This document shows positions 7,660-14,532 of a stretch of DNA of 43,603 nucleotides, in pieces (within the stretch, counting starts at the first letter, position 1; each line of letters opens with the position of its first letter). The translations under genes were made by a program, and so were the position numbers. The notes beneath the pieces are model-generated. The model made no database searches. It saw only the letters and a program-made list of their open reading frames with translations, and had not been told where the DNA came from. Origin of the DNA: a virus (Duplodnaviria; Caudoviricetes). The DNA lies in IMG/VR virus record IMGVR_UViG_3300022862_000009, positions 1 through 43,603 of that record; one strand, given 5' to 3'.

Positions 7660-8025
7660 TTACTCGGGCCTCTCGATTTCGTCGTCAGGCTCTGTCAGTT
7701 CGTCATCGAGCGACTTGAGGCACGCTGCCCATATGAGTCGCGACACTTTTTCGGTGACAATAAAAGGTGTCGTGACACACTTGAGCATCTGCGCCGCGGT
7801 GTCGAAGTCGGCGGCGATCACGTTGAGTAGCAGGTTCTGGAACACTTCCTGCTGGTTGTTGAAGCCGTGCTGCTTCATCAGGCGCTTGAGGTCGGCCTTG
7901 AACACGCCGGCCACCTCAACCGTAAACTTCTCGACGCCCAATGCAGCGTTCTTTTCGTTCGCCTTTTCGCGCTTGCGGCGTTGCTTCAGGGCTTCCGCCG
8001 TTGGCTCCTGCTGTTCCTCGGCCAT
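7660..8025 (-). CDS. Hypothetical protein, possibly ribbon-helix-helix DNA-binding
   Basis: KQRRKREK basic tract, then a beta-alpha-alpha pattern; GAGGT SD. Confidence 0.8.
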   Translation of the reverse strand: MAEEQQEPTAEALKQRRKREKANEKNAALGVEKFTVEVAGVFKADLKRLMKQHGFNNQQEVFQNLLLNVIAADFDTAAQMLKCVTTPFIVTEKVSRLIWAACLKSLDDELTEPDDEIERPE

Positions 8026-8110
8026 GGCCTACCTCTTCGATTTCGTGTGCTGGCAAATCAAGCCATGCCTGCCGCCGGCGCTGTCGCAACTGGTTGTTGA
8101 TGCGCTTCAT
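7916..8110 (-). CDS. Small basic hypothetical protein (MKRINNQLRQRRRQAW...)
   Basis: ATGA overlap with the upstream stop at 8107; the 3' part overlaps the next gene. Confidence 0.4.
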   Translation of the reverse strand: MKRINNQLRQRRRQAWLDLPAHEIEEVGHGRGTAGANGGSPEATPQARKGERKERCIGRREVYG

Positions 8111-8421
8111 TGGGTGTCGGCGAACTTGAAGCCGTTCTCCTGGGCGATCAGCGTCACGCGCTTGACGTGCATGCCCAGGTTCTTTGCGGCCACGCTGGCT
8201 ACGACGCCCTTTGCGGCTTCGGCGCGCACGGCCGGTGCCAGCTTGTCGCGTTCTTTGCGAAGGCGTTCGTGGTGGGCGGTGGTGCCGTTGAAAGGCCCGT
8301 CTACTCCGACGCCGCTCGGGATGACCTGTACTGACTTGCCGGCGCCGAAGTAAGCGTCCAGCTGCTGGTTCAGGTTGTCGATGATCGAGTGGCGCGGGTT
8401 GGGCATAGGCACGCCGATCAT
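8107..8421 (-). CDS. Hypothetical protein with a C-terminal HTH-like segment
   Basis: ASVAAKNLGMHVKRVTLIAQENGF; ATGA coupling at 8418-8421. Confidence 0.8.
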   Translation of the reverse strand: MIGVPMPNPRHSIIDNLNQQLDAYFGAGKSVQVIPSGVGVDGPFNGTTAHHERLRKERDKLAPAVRAEAAKGVVASVAAKNLGMHVKRVTLIAQENGFKFADTQ

Positions 8422-8699
8422 TGCGCACCGCCCGACAGCGTTACCTTCACGCCGTCCGCACGGCATTCCAGGGCCTGGGCGAAGTTGCTGGCTTCCTTCC
8501 AGGTCCAGCGGAAGCCCTTCACCTTGCCGGTGGCGAGCTCCACGATGTGGTAAGCATTGCCGGCGTTCTTGATCTGGAATCGAATCTTTTGCACGGGCTG
8601 CTCCTTGCCGATCAGGGCGTAGAAGTCGGCAGTGGCGATGCGGGAGCGAACGTGCAGGGCCGCAACCCCGTCGACGCGCTGTTTGATTGATGGGTGCAT
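8418..8699 (-). CDS. Hypothetical phage protein
   Basis: 93-aa ORF with GAGGT SD. Confidence 0.8.
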   Translation of the reverse strand: MHPSIKQRVDGVAALHVRSRIATADFYALIGKEQPVQKIRFQIKNAGNAYHIVELATGKVKGFRWTWKEASNFAQALECRADGVKVTLSGGAQ

Positions 8700-8801
8700 G
8701 GTGGATACCTCTGTGGAGTTGCGTTTATTCGTCAGCAGCCTGACCGCCTGGTGGGTGCCGGTGGGCCCAGGGGAGGGTGCTGACGAATAAAGGCGAGCCG
8801 T

Positions 8802-8829
8802 AAAAAAGCCCAGAAGGGACTGGGCTTTT
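8802..8829. terminator. Intrinsic terminator, probably bidirectional
   Basis: AAAAAAGCCCAG-AAGGGA-CTGGGCTTTT. Confidence 0.8.
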
Positions 8830-9035
8830 CGTTGCGTTACATAGACCTCCCTATGTCACGCAGGGGGGGGCGGTCGAGCGCCTTGGTTTGAAGTTCACAT
8901 GGCTGCCAATCCTCCGCGTTGAATGATCTGAAAAGACGTTGGCCAGCGGCCGGCTCACCACTGCCCAGGTGACGGGCTTTGCGCTAGGCTGAGTGCTCTC
9001 ACACAACACAGCCTGCAAAGGAGGGCGAACTTGCC

Positions 9036-9266
9036 ATGCGCAAATTCAAATTGCTGTACCTGTACGACGCTGATGACTCATGCCCCAAGTACTACGAAAG
9101 TGATGACCCAATAAAAGTTGGTGACGCAATTCGCGTGGGGAACGGTTTTTGGCACGGTGTTACGGACATTCGAATTCTGAAGACAGATATTCGGCTAACT
9201 CTTTCGAAATCGTCTCAATCTGCGGAGGAGGCAAAGCTTGTAATGAAGCAGCTATCGTCCGGCTGA
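9036..9266 (+). CDS. Hypothetical cargo protein (76 aa)
   Basis: AAGGAGGG SD; plausible small beta-rich protein. Confidence 0.65.
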   Translation: MRKFKLLYLYDADDSCPKYYESDDPIKVGDAIRVGNGFWHGVTDIRILKTDIRLTLSKSSQSAEEAKLVMKQLSSG

Positions 9267-9447
9267 GAACAATCGTTGCAAACTTCAAACAGCTTTGTTT
9301 GGCGATATCTTGGCTTGGGTGCATCAGTCTAAGTTTTGTCCGTAGCCCTGGATCGCCCTGGCAAGCCAGCGTCATGAGTGCCGCCTCTATGCGGGCTTGC
9401 AGTGAAGGCTCTTCTACTTTCGGTAGATCTTCAGCGACGCTTTTCAT
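9160..9447 (-). CDS. Hypothetical protein; 3' end overlaps the convergent gene
   Basis: GAGGATAGGA SD before ATG 9447, directly downstream of a conserved 35-nt hairpin. Confidence 0.45.
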   Translation of the reverse strand: MKSVAEDLPKVEEPSLQARIEAALMTLACQGDPGLRTKLRLMHPSQDIAKQSCLKFATIVLSRTIAASLQALPPPQIETISKELAEYLSSEFECP

Positions 9448-9510
9448 ATTCCTATCCTCTCTGTCATCCCAAAGCACTCTCGCGAGAAGGTGCTTCAGTG
9501 ATGCCGTGGT

Positions 9511-9894
9511 TTAGGCGGTGAGGCTTGGCCGTTCCGCCTGGCGCAGCACTCGCACCTGGGCCGTACGACGTTCCGGCACCCGGCGGTCACGGCGCATGGC
9601 GTCATCGCCGATCATGGCGTGCATGGCGATCAACGCCGCCAGGGCGAAGCACATAGGCGAGATGATCTGTCGGCGCATCGCTTCGGCCACCGCGGCGGTC
9701 TGGCGCGTCACGCCGAGCTTGAACATGGCGCAGGACAGGCGTTTGGCTACCGTGCAGGCCGCCACGTCGAACTGGCGGGCAATCTCTTTGGCCGTCATGC
9801 CCTGGGCAGTGCCGAGCAGGTACTGCACTTCTTTTGGCGCAAGGCCGCGTCCGAGATGACCCTTCCATGTGCCGCTGACGATTGTCGCTTCCAT
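9511..9894 (-). CDS. LuxR-type C-terminal HTH regulator, first gene of the PL operon
   Basis: LAPKEVQYLLGTAQGMTAKEIARQFDVAACTVAKRLSCAMFKLGV; GGGAG SD. Confidence 0.88.
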   Translation of the reverse strand: MEATIVSGTWKGHLGRGLAPKEVQYLLGTAQGMTAKEIARQFDVAACTVAKRLSCAMFKLGVTRQTAAVAEAMRRQIISPMCFALAALIAMHAMIGDDAMRRDRRVPERRTAQVRVLRQAERPSLTA

Positions 9895-10159
9895 CAATGT
9901 GACTCCCGGTTGGTTTCCCAATGCACCCGGCCAACCAGGTGCATCAGTGAAAATTCCCACTGATCCTTCGGCGCTACTGGCGCGGTACAGATCGATTCAA
10001 GTTGTTCTTCCAGCCGCGGGCCTTTCGGCTTGTTCTCCCGCTGGATAACTGTCTTGGCGCTTTACGCTGCACGCCCGGGTCAGTTGCCAACCCTCTGAAC
10101 CGTTGAGGCCGGTTCATCGCTGCCTTCCATCTGGCCGGTTGTTATCCGGCGATAGAGCA

Positions 10160-10203
10160 AATATGTACCAATGGTTCATATTGGTCAAGTACCAAAAGTA
10201 CAT
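10160..10203 (-). promoter_or_regulatory. PL promoter with two 17-bp operators (OL 10163-10179 and 10187-10203)
   Basis: Minus strand TTGACC-17 bp-CATATT; operators ATGTACCAATGGTTCAT and AAGTACCAAAAGTACAT. Confidence 0.85.
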
Positions 10204-10221
10204 AAAAGTTCGGTGGGCAAT

Positions 10222-10249
10222 AAAAAGCCCGCTCAGTGGCGGGCTGTTT
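10222..10249. terminator. Intrinsic terminator closing the immunity-region transcripts
   Basis: AAAAAGCCCGC-TCAGTG-GCGGGCTGTTT. Confidence 0.8.
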
Positions 10250-10264
10250 GAAGGTTGCGATGTG

Positions 10265-10480
10265 TCAGTCCTGATCTTGGGCTTTCAACCTGGCCATCGC
10301 CTGCTTGATGTGTCCGGCGTTCTCGCCGATCGTCTCCAACGCACCTCGCACGTTGCCGCCTGTCTCGGCATTACCTTGGCTTTCGGCGAGCAACGTCAAC
10401 TCCATTAACGCAGCCTCAAGGGCGAGCTGGTTCTCGTAGATTCGTTCAAGCATATCGGGGAGGGAGTAGGGCGCGGGCAT
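10265..10480 (-). CDS. Small helical hypothetical protein
   Basis: GGAG SD; amphipathic helices; flanked by terminators. Confidence 0.8.
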   Translation of the reverse strand: MPAPYSLPDMLERIYENQLALEAALMELTLLAESQGNAETGGNVRGALETIGENAGHIKQAMARLKAQDQD

Positions 10481-10531
10481 TGAGCGGCTCCAAGAATGGG
10501 AGCAGGAAAGGATAGCAGCTAGGGCAGAAAC

Positions 10532-10558
10532 AAGAAGCCCGGCGCTGGGCCGGGCTTA
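10532..10558 (-). terminator. Intrinsic terminator after the cI-downstream gene pair
   Basis: AAGAAGCCCGGC-GCTGG-GCCGGGCTT. Confidence 0.75.
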
Positions 10559-10573
10559 ATTAACTCATATCAA

Positions 10574-10894
10574 TTATGCGCCTATCGATTTCAGGATCGG
10601 CGCCAAGTACTGCTGAACCATCCACCATATGCCGCCGATCATCGAGCCGCCTACAGCCAGCAGCCCGAAGAGCGCCCACGAAGCGAGCTGGCCTTTAGTG
10701 ACCATATTCTTTTCGATGTGATCAAGGCGAGTCTCAATCTTTCCAAGCGAAACCTTTACGTCGGTCATTCCGCTTTCAAGTGCTCGCAACCTACCGTCCA
10801 TGTCACCTCCGCCACCACTACTATCACCTTTCCATGATGGATGACCGGAGATAACTCTGCCAGAAGAATCTTCGATGAGCGGGGCGTTATTCAC
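10574..10894 (-). CDS. Coiled-coil plus C-terminal TM protein (rex-position accessory gene); alternative ATG at 10801
   Basis: GTG 10894 with GGAGAAGG SD, overlapping the upstream stop; GGGGDMDGRLRALE coiled coil; hydrophobic C-terminus. Confidence 0.75.
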   Translation of the reverse strand: MNNAPLIEDSSGRVISGHPSWKGDSSGGGGDMDGRLRALESGMTDVKVSLGKIETRLDHIEKNMVTKGQLASWALFGLLAVGGSMIGGIWWMVQQYLAPILKSIGA

Positions 10895-11225
10895 TTTTCC
10901 TTCTCCGCTCTTCCGCATGCGAAATCATACGGCCAAGTGTATCGAGAAGATCCTTGGCTACGTTCAGCGGCATTGCAATCGATGCGACATCCAGCCTGAA
11001 TGCCTCGACCTGGCCAGGCTCTGTGTTGGGTACACCGTTTTCGATTACAAAATTGGTGCTTTTCAGATTTATAGAGTTGCGGCCGAATGTAACGTGGATT
11101 GCTTCCTCGCCGTTCCAAGACATAGCGAAGGCGCTGAACTGGTCGACTTGCTCATCAACAAAAGATGTCGACCTGACGTGCTGCAGCGATGATGTGGTGA
11201 CTTTCTCGCTCACTTCTTTCTCCAT
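10887..11225 (-). CDS. Hypothetical soluble protein directly downstream of cI (rex-position accessory gene)
   Basis: Starts 19 bp after the cI stop; beta-rich, ending in VASIAMPLNVAKDLLDTL helix (DUF3467-like pattern). Confidence 0.75.
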   Translation of the reverse strand: MEKEVSEKVTTSSLQHVRSTSFVDEQVDQFSAFAMSWNGEEAIHVTFGRNSINLKSTNFVIENGVPNTEPGQVEAFRLDVASIAMPLNVAKDLLDTLGRMISHAEERRRKSE

Positions 11226-11244
11226 TTTTTGTGAACTATCGTTG

Positions 11245-11979
11245 CTACAGCATTCCGCCGCGCCAAACCACGCGCCCGATGATGCGAACTTCGTTTATCT
11301 CCCCATCACGCAGCGTCTCGTCGCCGTAGCGCGCTTTGTCCGGGTTGTCGCTTCGAATGATCCAGCCGTCGAAGTCGGACTTCACCAGGCGCTTCACGAT
11401 CGTGCCTTTCGATTCGCTCTGCAGCGCAAATATCTGGCCGTCCTTCGGTTCGATTTTCGATTCATCGATCAGCAGCACGTCACCATCGTTGATGGTCGGT
11501 TCCATGCTGTGGCCGTTGGCGTAAATCACGTCGAGGTTCCGCTGATTTAGGAGATTGGCTCGCAACCACTCCGACTTAAATGCCATGACGCCACGGATCT
11601 CGACATGCGAGTTGTCTTCGCCATCTCCGGTTGATCCGCGAGCGGTCAGCTGCAACACGCCGGTGTAGCTCTTGTCTTCGGCAAGATCAAAGCTTCTAGG
11701 TGGGACGCGCTCATCAGCAGTAGTGACTGCTGTCTCGCGCATCTCGCCCCGCCCGTATTCAAGCCATTCGACGCGGACTGATAGCGCATTTGCAAGCGCA
11801 AGCATCTTTGCTCCGCCGGGCATCGACTCACCGTTGAGCCACTTGCTGCAAGCTTTCGGTGTGACCTTCGCTATTTTCGCGAGACGAACACCGGCCCCCC
11901 ACTCAGGTATGCCCGCTTCCGCCAAGGCTTTCTTGAGTCGAGCGATAAAAGCGAACCGAATTTCGTCTATTTGAACCAT
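11245..11979 (-). CDS. cI: CI-like repressor (HTH plus S24 autocleavage peptidase)
   Basis: N-terminal HTH (ACSKWLNGESMP); GHSMEPTINDGD, IVKRL and IIGRVVWRG S24 motifs; divergent from cro. Confidence 0.95.
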   Translation of the reverse strand: MVQIDEIRFAFIARLKKALAEAGIPEWGAGVRLAKIAKVTPKACSKWLNGESMPGGAKMLALANALSVRVEWLEYGRGEMRETAVTTADERVPPRSFDLAEDKSYTGVLQLTARGSTGDGEDNSHVEIRGVMAFKSEWLRANLLNQRNLDVIYANGHSMEPTINDGDVLLIDESKIEPKDGQIFALQSESKGTIVKRLVKSDFDGWIIRSDNPDKARYGDETLRDGEINEVRIIGRVVWRGGML

Positions 11980-12044
11980 GGGTTCATATTCTCATGAGCT
12001 TGCATGTACTTTCAGTTCCGACTTAAGATGTACCGTAAGTTCAT
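11971..12044. promoter_or_regulatory. OR region: three 17-bp operators (11971-11987, 12004-12020, 12028-12044) and PR
   Basis: TTGAACCATGGGTTCAT, ATGTACTTTCAGTTCCG and ATGTACCGTAAGTTCAT match the OL sites; TTGCAT(12000)-18 bp-TAAGAT(12024). Confidence 0.85.
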
Positions 12045-12062
12045 ATTTGAATCGGAGGCCAC

Positions 12063-12311
12063 ATGCGGCCGCTCAAGAAAACGATCGACGACGCTGGCGG
12101 TGTTCCGACGGTTGCTCAGGCCTGCGGGAAGACTCCGCGGGCTATTTACAAGTGGCTTGCAGCCGATGCGTTGCCGCGCACTGAGTACACCGGCGAGACG
12201 AAGTACGCCAAGAAGATTTGCGAGCTGGCCACCGCAAGAGGGAAGCCGTTCGACACGGCTTGGCTGCTTTCCGAAGCGCACCCGAACAAGCCGGTTGTTG
12301 GCGCCTTGTGA
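12063..12311 (+). CDS. cro: Cro-like repressor
   Basis: AGGVPTVAQACGKTPRAIYKW HTH; GGAGG SD; divergent from cI. Confidence 0.92.
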   Translation: MRPLKKTIDDAGGVPTVAQACGKTPRAIYKWLAADALPRTEYTGETKYAKKICELATARGKPFDTAWLLSEAHPNKPVVGAL

Positions 12312-12360
12312 GTTTTGATTTTCCGCTCAATACGAGTTGGTAAAAAGTGATTTGGATTAG

Positions 12361-12376
12361 CTGTTAATTCATCCAG
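12361..12376. promoter_or_regulatory. Candidate LexA (SOS) box downstream of cro
   Basis: CTGTTAATTCATCCAG fits CTG-N10-CAG with an AT-rich core. Confidence 0.55.
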
Positions 12377-12394
12377 TACCAAAATCGCAGACAT

Positions 12395-12442
12395 AAAAAA
12401 ACCGCCTGGCAGGGCGGTCCTTTAAACAGCAATAAAACTTGT
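12395..12442 (-). ncRNA. Candidate antisense small RNA of about 48 nt (OOP/Sar-like)
   Basis: Minus-strand promoter TTGCCA(12477-12472)-17 bp-CATAAT(12454-12449) and terminator ACCGCC-N6-GGCGG followed by 7 U. Confidence 0.6.
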
Positions 12443-12451
12443 GGGGCCATT

Positions 12452-12577
12452 ATGAACATGACAGCAACCCCTGGCAATACCCCTGGTGTCGAGACACTTT
12501 TTAGCAACTCCGGAAGGGTGTCGCGACCACTATTTAAGAAAGCAGAGACTCATCAGTTCAGCGGGAGGGCTCTCTAA
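12452..12577 (+). CDS. 41-aa ORF coupled to the replication gene; possibly a remnant of an antirepressor/Rha-type gene
   Basis: MNMTATPGNTPGVETLFSNSGRVSRP...; TAATG overlap with the initiator start. Confidence 0.4.
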   Translation: MNMTATPGNTPGVETLFSNSGRVSRPLFKKAETHQFSGRAL

Positions 12578-13527
12578 TGGCCCGAGCGCGCAATATCAAG
12601 CCAGGTCTTTTCAGCAACGAATTGCTGGTTGAGCTTCCTGCGTTTGACCGCCTTGCCTTCATTGGTCTTTGGTGCTTGGCGGATCGGGAAGGGCGCCTCG
12701 AAGATCGCGTGAAGCGAATCAAGATCGAACTGTTCCCGTGCGACGACTACGACGTCGAAGCTGGGTTGGCTCGCCTGGCTGCTGCTGGCTTCATTTCTCG
12801 CTACCAGGTGGCAGGATTCTCGGTCATTGAGATCATCAACTTCCAGAAGCACCAAAGCCCGCACGGCTCGGAAAAGGACAGCACACTACCTGACATTAAC
12901 GGTTACCTCACTGTTCACGAACGGAAAAAGAACGTTGTAGTCGCAGGCTCCCAACGAAAGGTTCTTGTGAGCGAACTGTCTTTTAACGTTAAAGAACCGT
13001 TAGAGCCTGTTATCCCACCGTTAGATAACGCCCTGATTCCTGATTGTGGAATCCTGATTCCTGATTCCGGATTCACTGATTCTCCGAATCAAGATCAACA
13101 CCACTCTCTCAACGCGGGCGAAGAAACTCCGGCGGCCGGCAGCGACATGGGCAGTGCCGGAGAAGACTTGCCGCCGGAAGAACCTGGGCCTGCTTTTGAC
13201 CCAAAGTCCCCGGTCGAGATGACGCTGGATTGGATGCCAGACGCTGATTTGCTCAAAGCCTACTGCGTTCACTTCGGAGTCACCACGGACCTGTTCACCA
13301 AGGAGGCGGTCGCCCCGTTCACTGCTCACCACGAAATAACCGGCCTGCTGCAACCCCAGGCCAAATGGGTTTCGCTACTGGTGCGGTGGGTTAAGGACGA
13401 CAAGAACCGTGACAGCAACGTACGTCCGTTCGTGAAGAAAGATGCGCCATCGCGGCACACGGGTTTCGCTGCCCGCGACTACACCGACGGCTTAGTCCAG
13501 CGAGAGGACGGTTCCTATGCGCTCTGA
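12577..13527 (+). CDS. Phage replication initiator (O-like) with a DnaT-like C-terminal DNA-binding domain
   Basis: MARARNIKPGLFSNE...IGLWCLADREGRL; internal iteron-like repeats; MTLDWMPD domain; followed by a DnaC-like gene. Confidence 0.9.
   Translation: MARARNIKPGLFSNELLVELPAFDRLAFIGLWCLADREGRLEDRVKRIKIELFPCDDYDVEAGLARLAAAGFISRYQVAGFSVIEIINFQKHQSPHGSEKDSTLPDINGYLTVHERKKNVVVAGSQRKVLVSELSFNVKEPLEPVIPPLDNALIPDCGILIPDSGFTDSPNQDQHHSLNAGEETPAAGSDMGSAGEDLPPEEPGPAFDPKSPVEMTLDWMPDADLLKAYCVHFGVTTDLFTKEAVAPFTAHHEITGLLQPQAKWVSLLVRWVKDDKNRDSNVRPFVKKDAPSRHTGFAARDYTDGLVQREDGSYAL
12897..13090. repeat. Putative replication origin iterons inside the initiator gene
   Basis: Clustered TAACG/CCGTTA motifs (12897-13030) and tandem CCTGATT repeats (about 13032-13081). 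Confidence 0.65.
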
Positions 13528-14323
13528 GAAGGTCGTATCGATTTCTGAAGGCGTGCTGCCTATCCGAACTCAGCCCGCCGAATGTGAGAAACACGGCAAA
13601 TTCGACCAGAAGGTTACCGTGATCCTTGGGCGAGAGCTTAAAGGGGGGTGCCCTGAGTGCCTGCGCGCGATCGCGACAGATCGAGAAGCGAGCGCCAAGG
13701 CGGAGGAGTCGTATCAACTGCGGCTTTCCCTGGCTCGAAAGCTGGGCGATGCCCTGATCCCAAAGCGTTTTCTGAGTCGCACCCTTGATAACTACCAGGA
13801 AGAGCATGACGGGCAGCGTCGGGCGCTGAAGTTTTGCCGCCACTACGTCGCGACCTTCGACCAGATTCGCGAAGTTGGACGCTGCATGGTGCTAATCGGG
13901 AAGCCGGGAACAGGCAAGACTCATCTGGGTGTGGCGATGGCCAACGAGCTTCTGCACAAGTCCTCTCGGACGGCCGTATACCGGACGTTTGGGTCGGTTC
14001 TTCAAGCGATCCGCTGCACCTATGACAAGAGCAGCGATAGGACCGAAGGCAGCATCCTGGCGAGCTTGATAAGTCCCGACCTGTTGGTGCTGGATGAAAT
14101 CGGCGTGAGCAAGGAGCAGCCCAGCGACTTCGAGCTGACCACGTTGTTTGCAATCATCAACGGCCGTTACGAGCGAGAGGCCCCCACGGTGATTATCTCG
14201 AACCTCAAAGCTGATGAGCTGGGGCGCGCCATGGGGGACAGGTGCGTTGACCGGTTGCGCGAGGGCGGGCTCATCGTTGTCCCGTTTGACTGGGAGTCGC
14301 AACGTGGAAAGGAAGGTTTTTGA
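13517..14323 (+). CDS. DnaC/IstB-like ATPase (helicase loader)
   Basis: Walker A GKPGTGKTH, Walker B LLVLDEIG, PTVIISN, DRLRE. Confidence 0.93.
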   Translation: MRSEKVVSISEGVLPIRTQPAECEKHGKFDQKVTVILGRELKGGCPECLRAIATDREASAKAEESYQLRLSLARKLGDALIPKRFLSRTLDNYQEEHDGQRRALKFCRHYVATFDQIREVGRCMVLIGKPGTGKTHLGVAMANELLHKSSRTAVYRTFGSVLQAIRCTYDKSSDRTEGSILASLISPDLLVLDEIGVSKEQPSDFELTTLFAIINGRYEREAPTVIISNLKADELGRAMGDRCVDRLREGGLIVVPFDWESQRGKEGF

Positions 14324-14532
14324 TGAGTAATGCTCGTTTGGCCCCTACCGATCCGTCTGCATATCGATATGCGGTGCACTGCTGCGGCTACAAGTGGGAG
14401 CTCACAGATAAGCCAGACCGGGCTGTCGCGCTATTCGAGCACCCGTCGGCAGCGCTGAAATTTGGGTCTGCGATGTGGCCCTCCACTTTCGAAGTGATTG
14501 ATGTCGTTACGGGTGAGCGGGTATGCGCATGA
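14323..14532 (+). CDS. Hypothetical phage protein
   Basis: Overlapping stop/start coupling on both sides. Confidence 0.75.
   Translation: MSNARLAPTDPSAYRYAVHCCGYKWELTDKPDRAVALFEHPSAALKFGSAMWPSTFEVIDVVTGERVCA

Noticed and set aside
12146-12394. Minus-strand 82-aa ORF as a cII or antirepressor
   Set aside because: Overlaps cro in antisense and its start sits at the terminator U-tract with no SD
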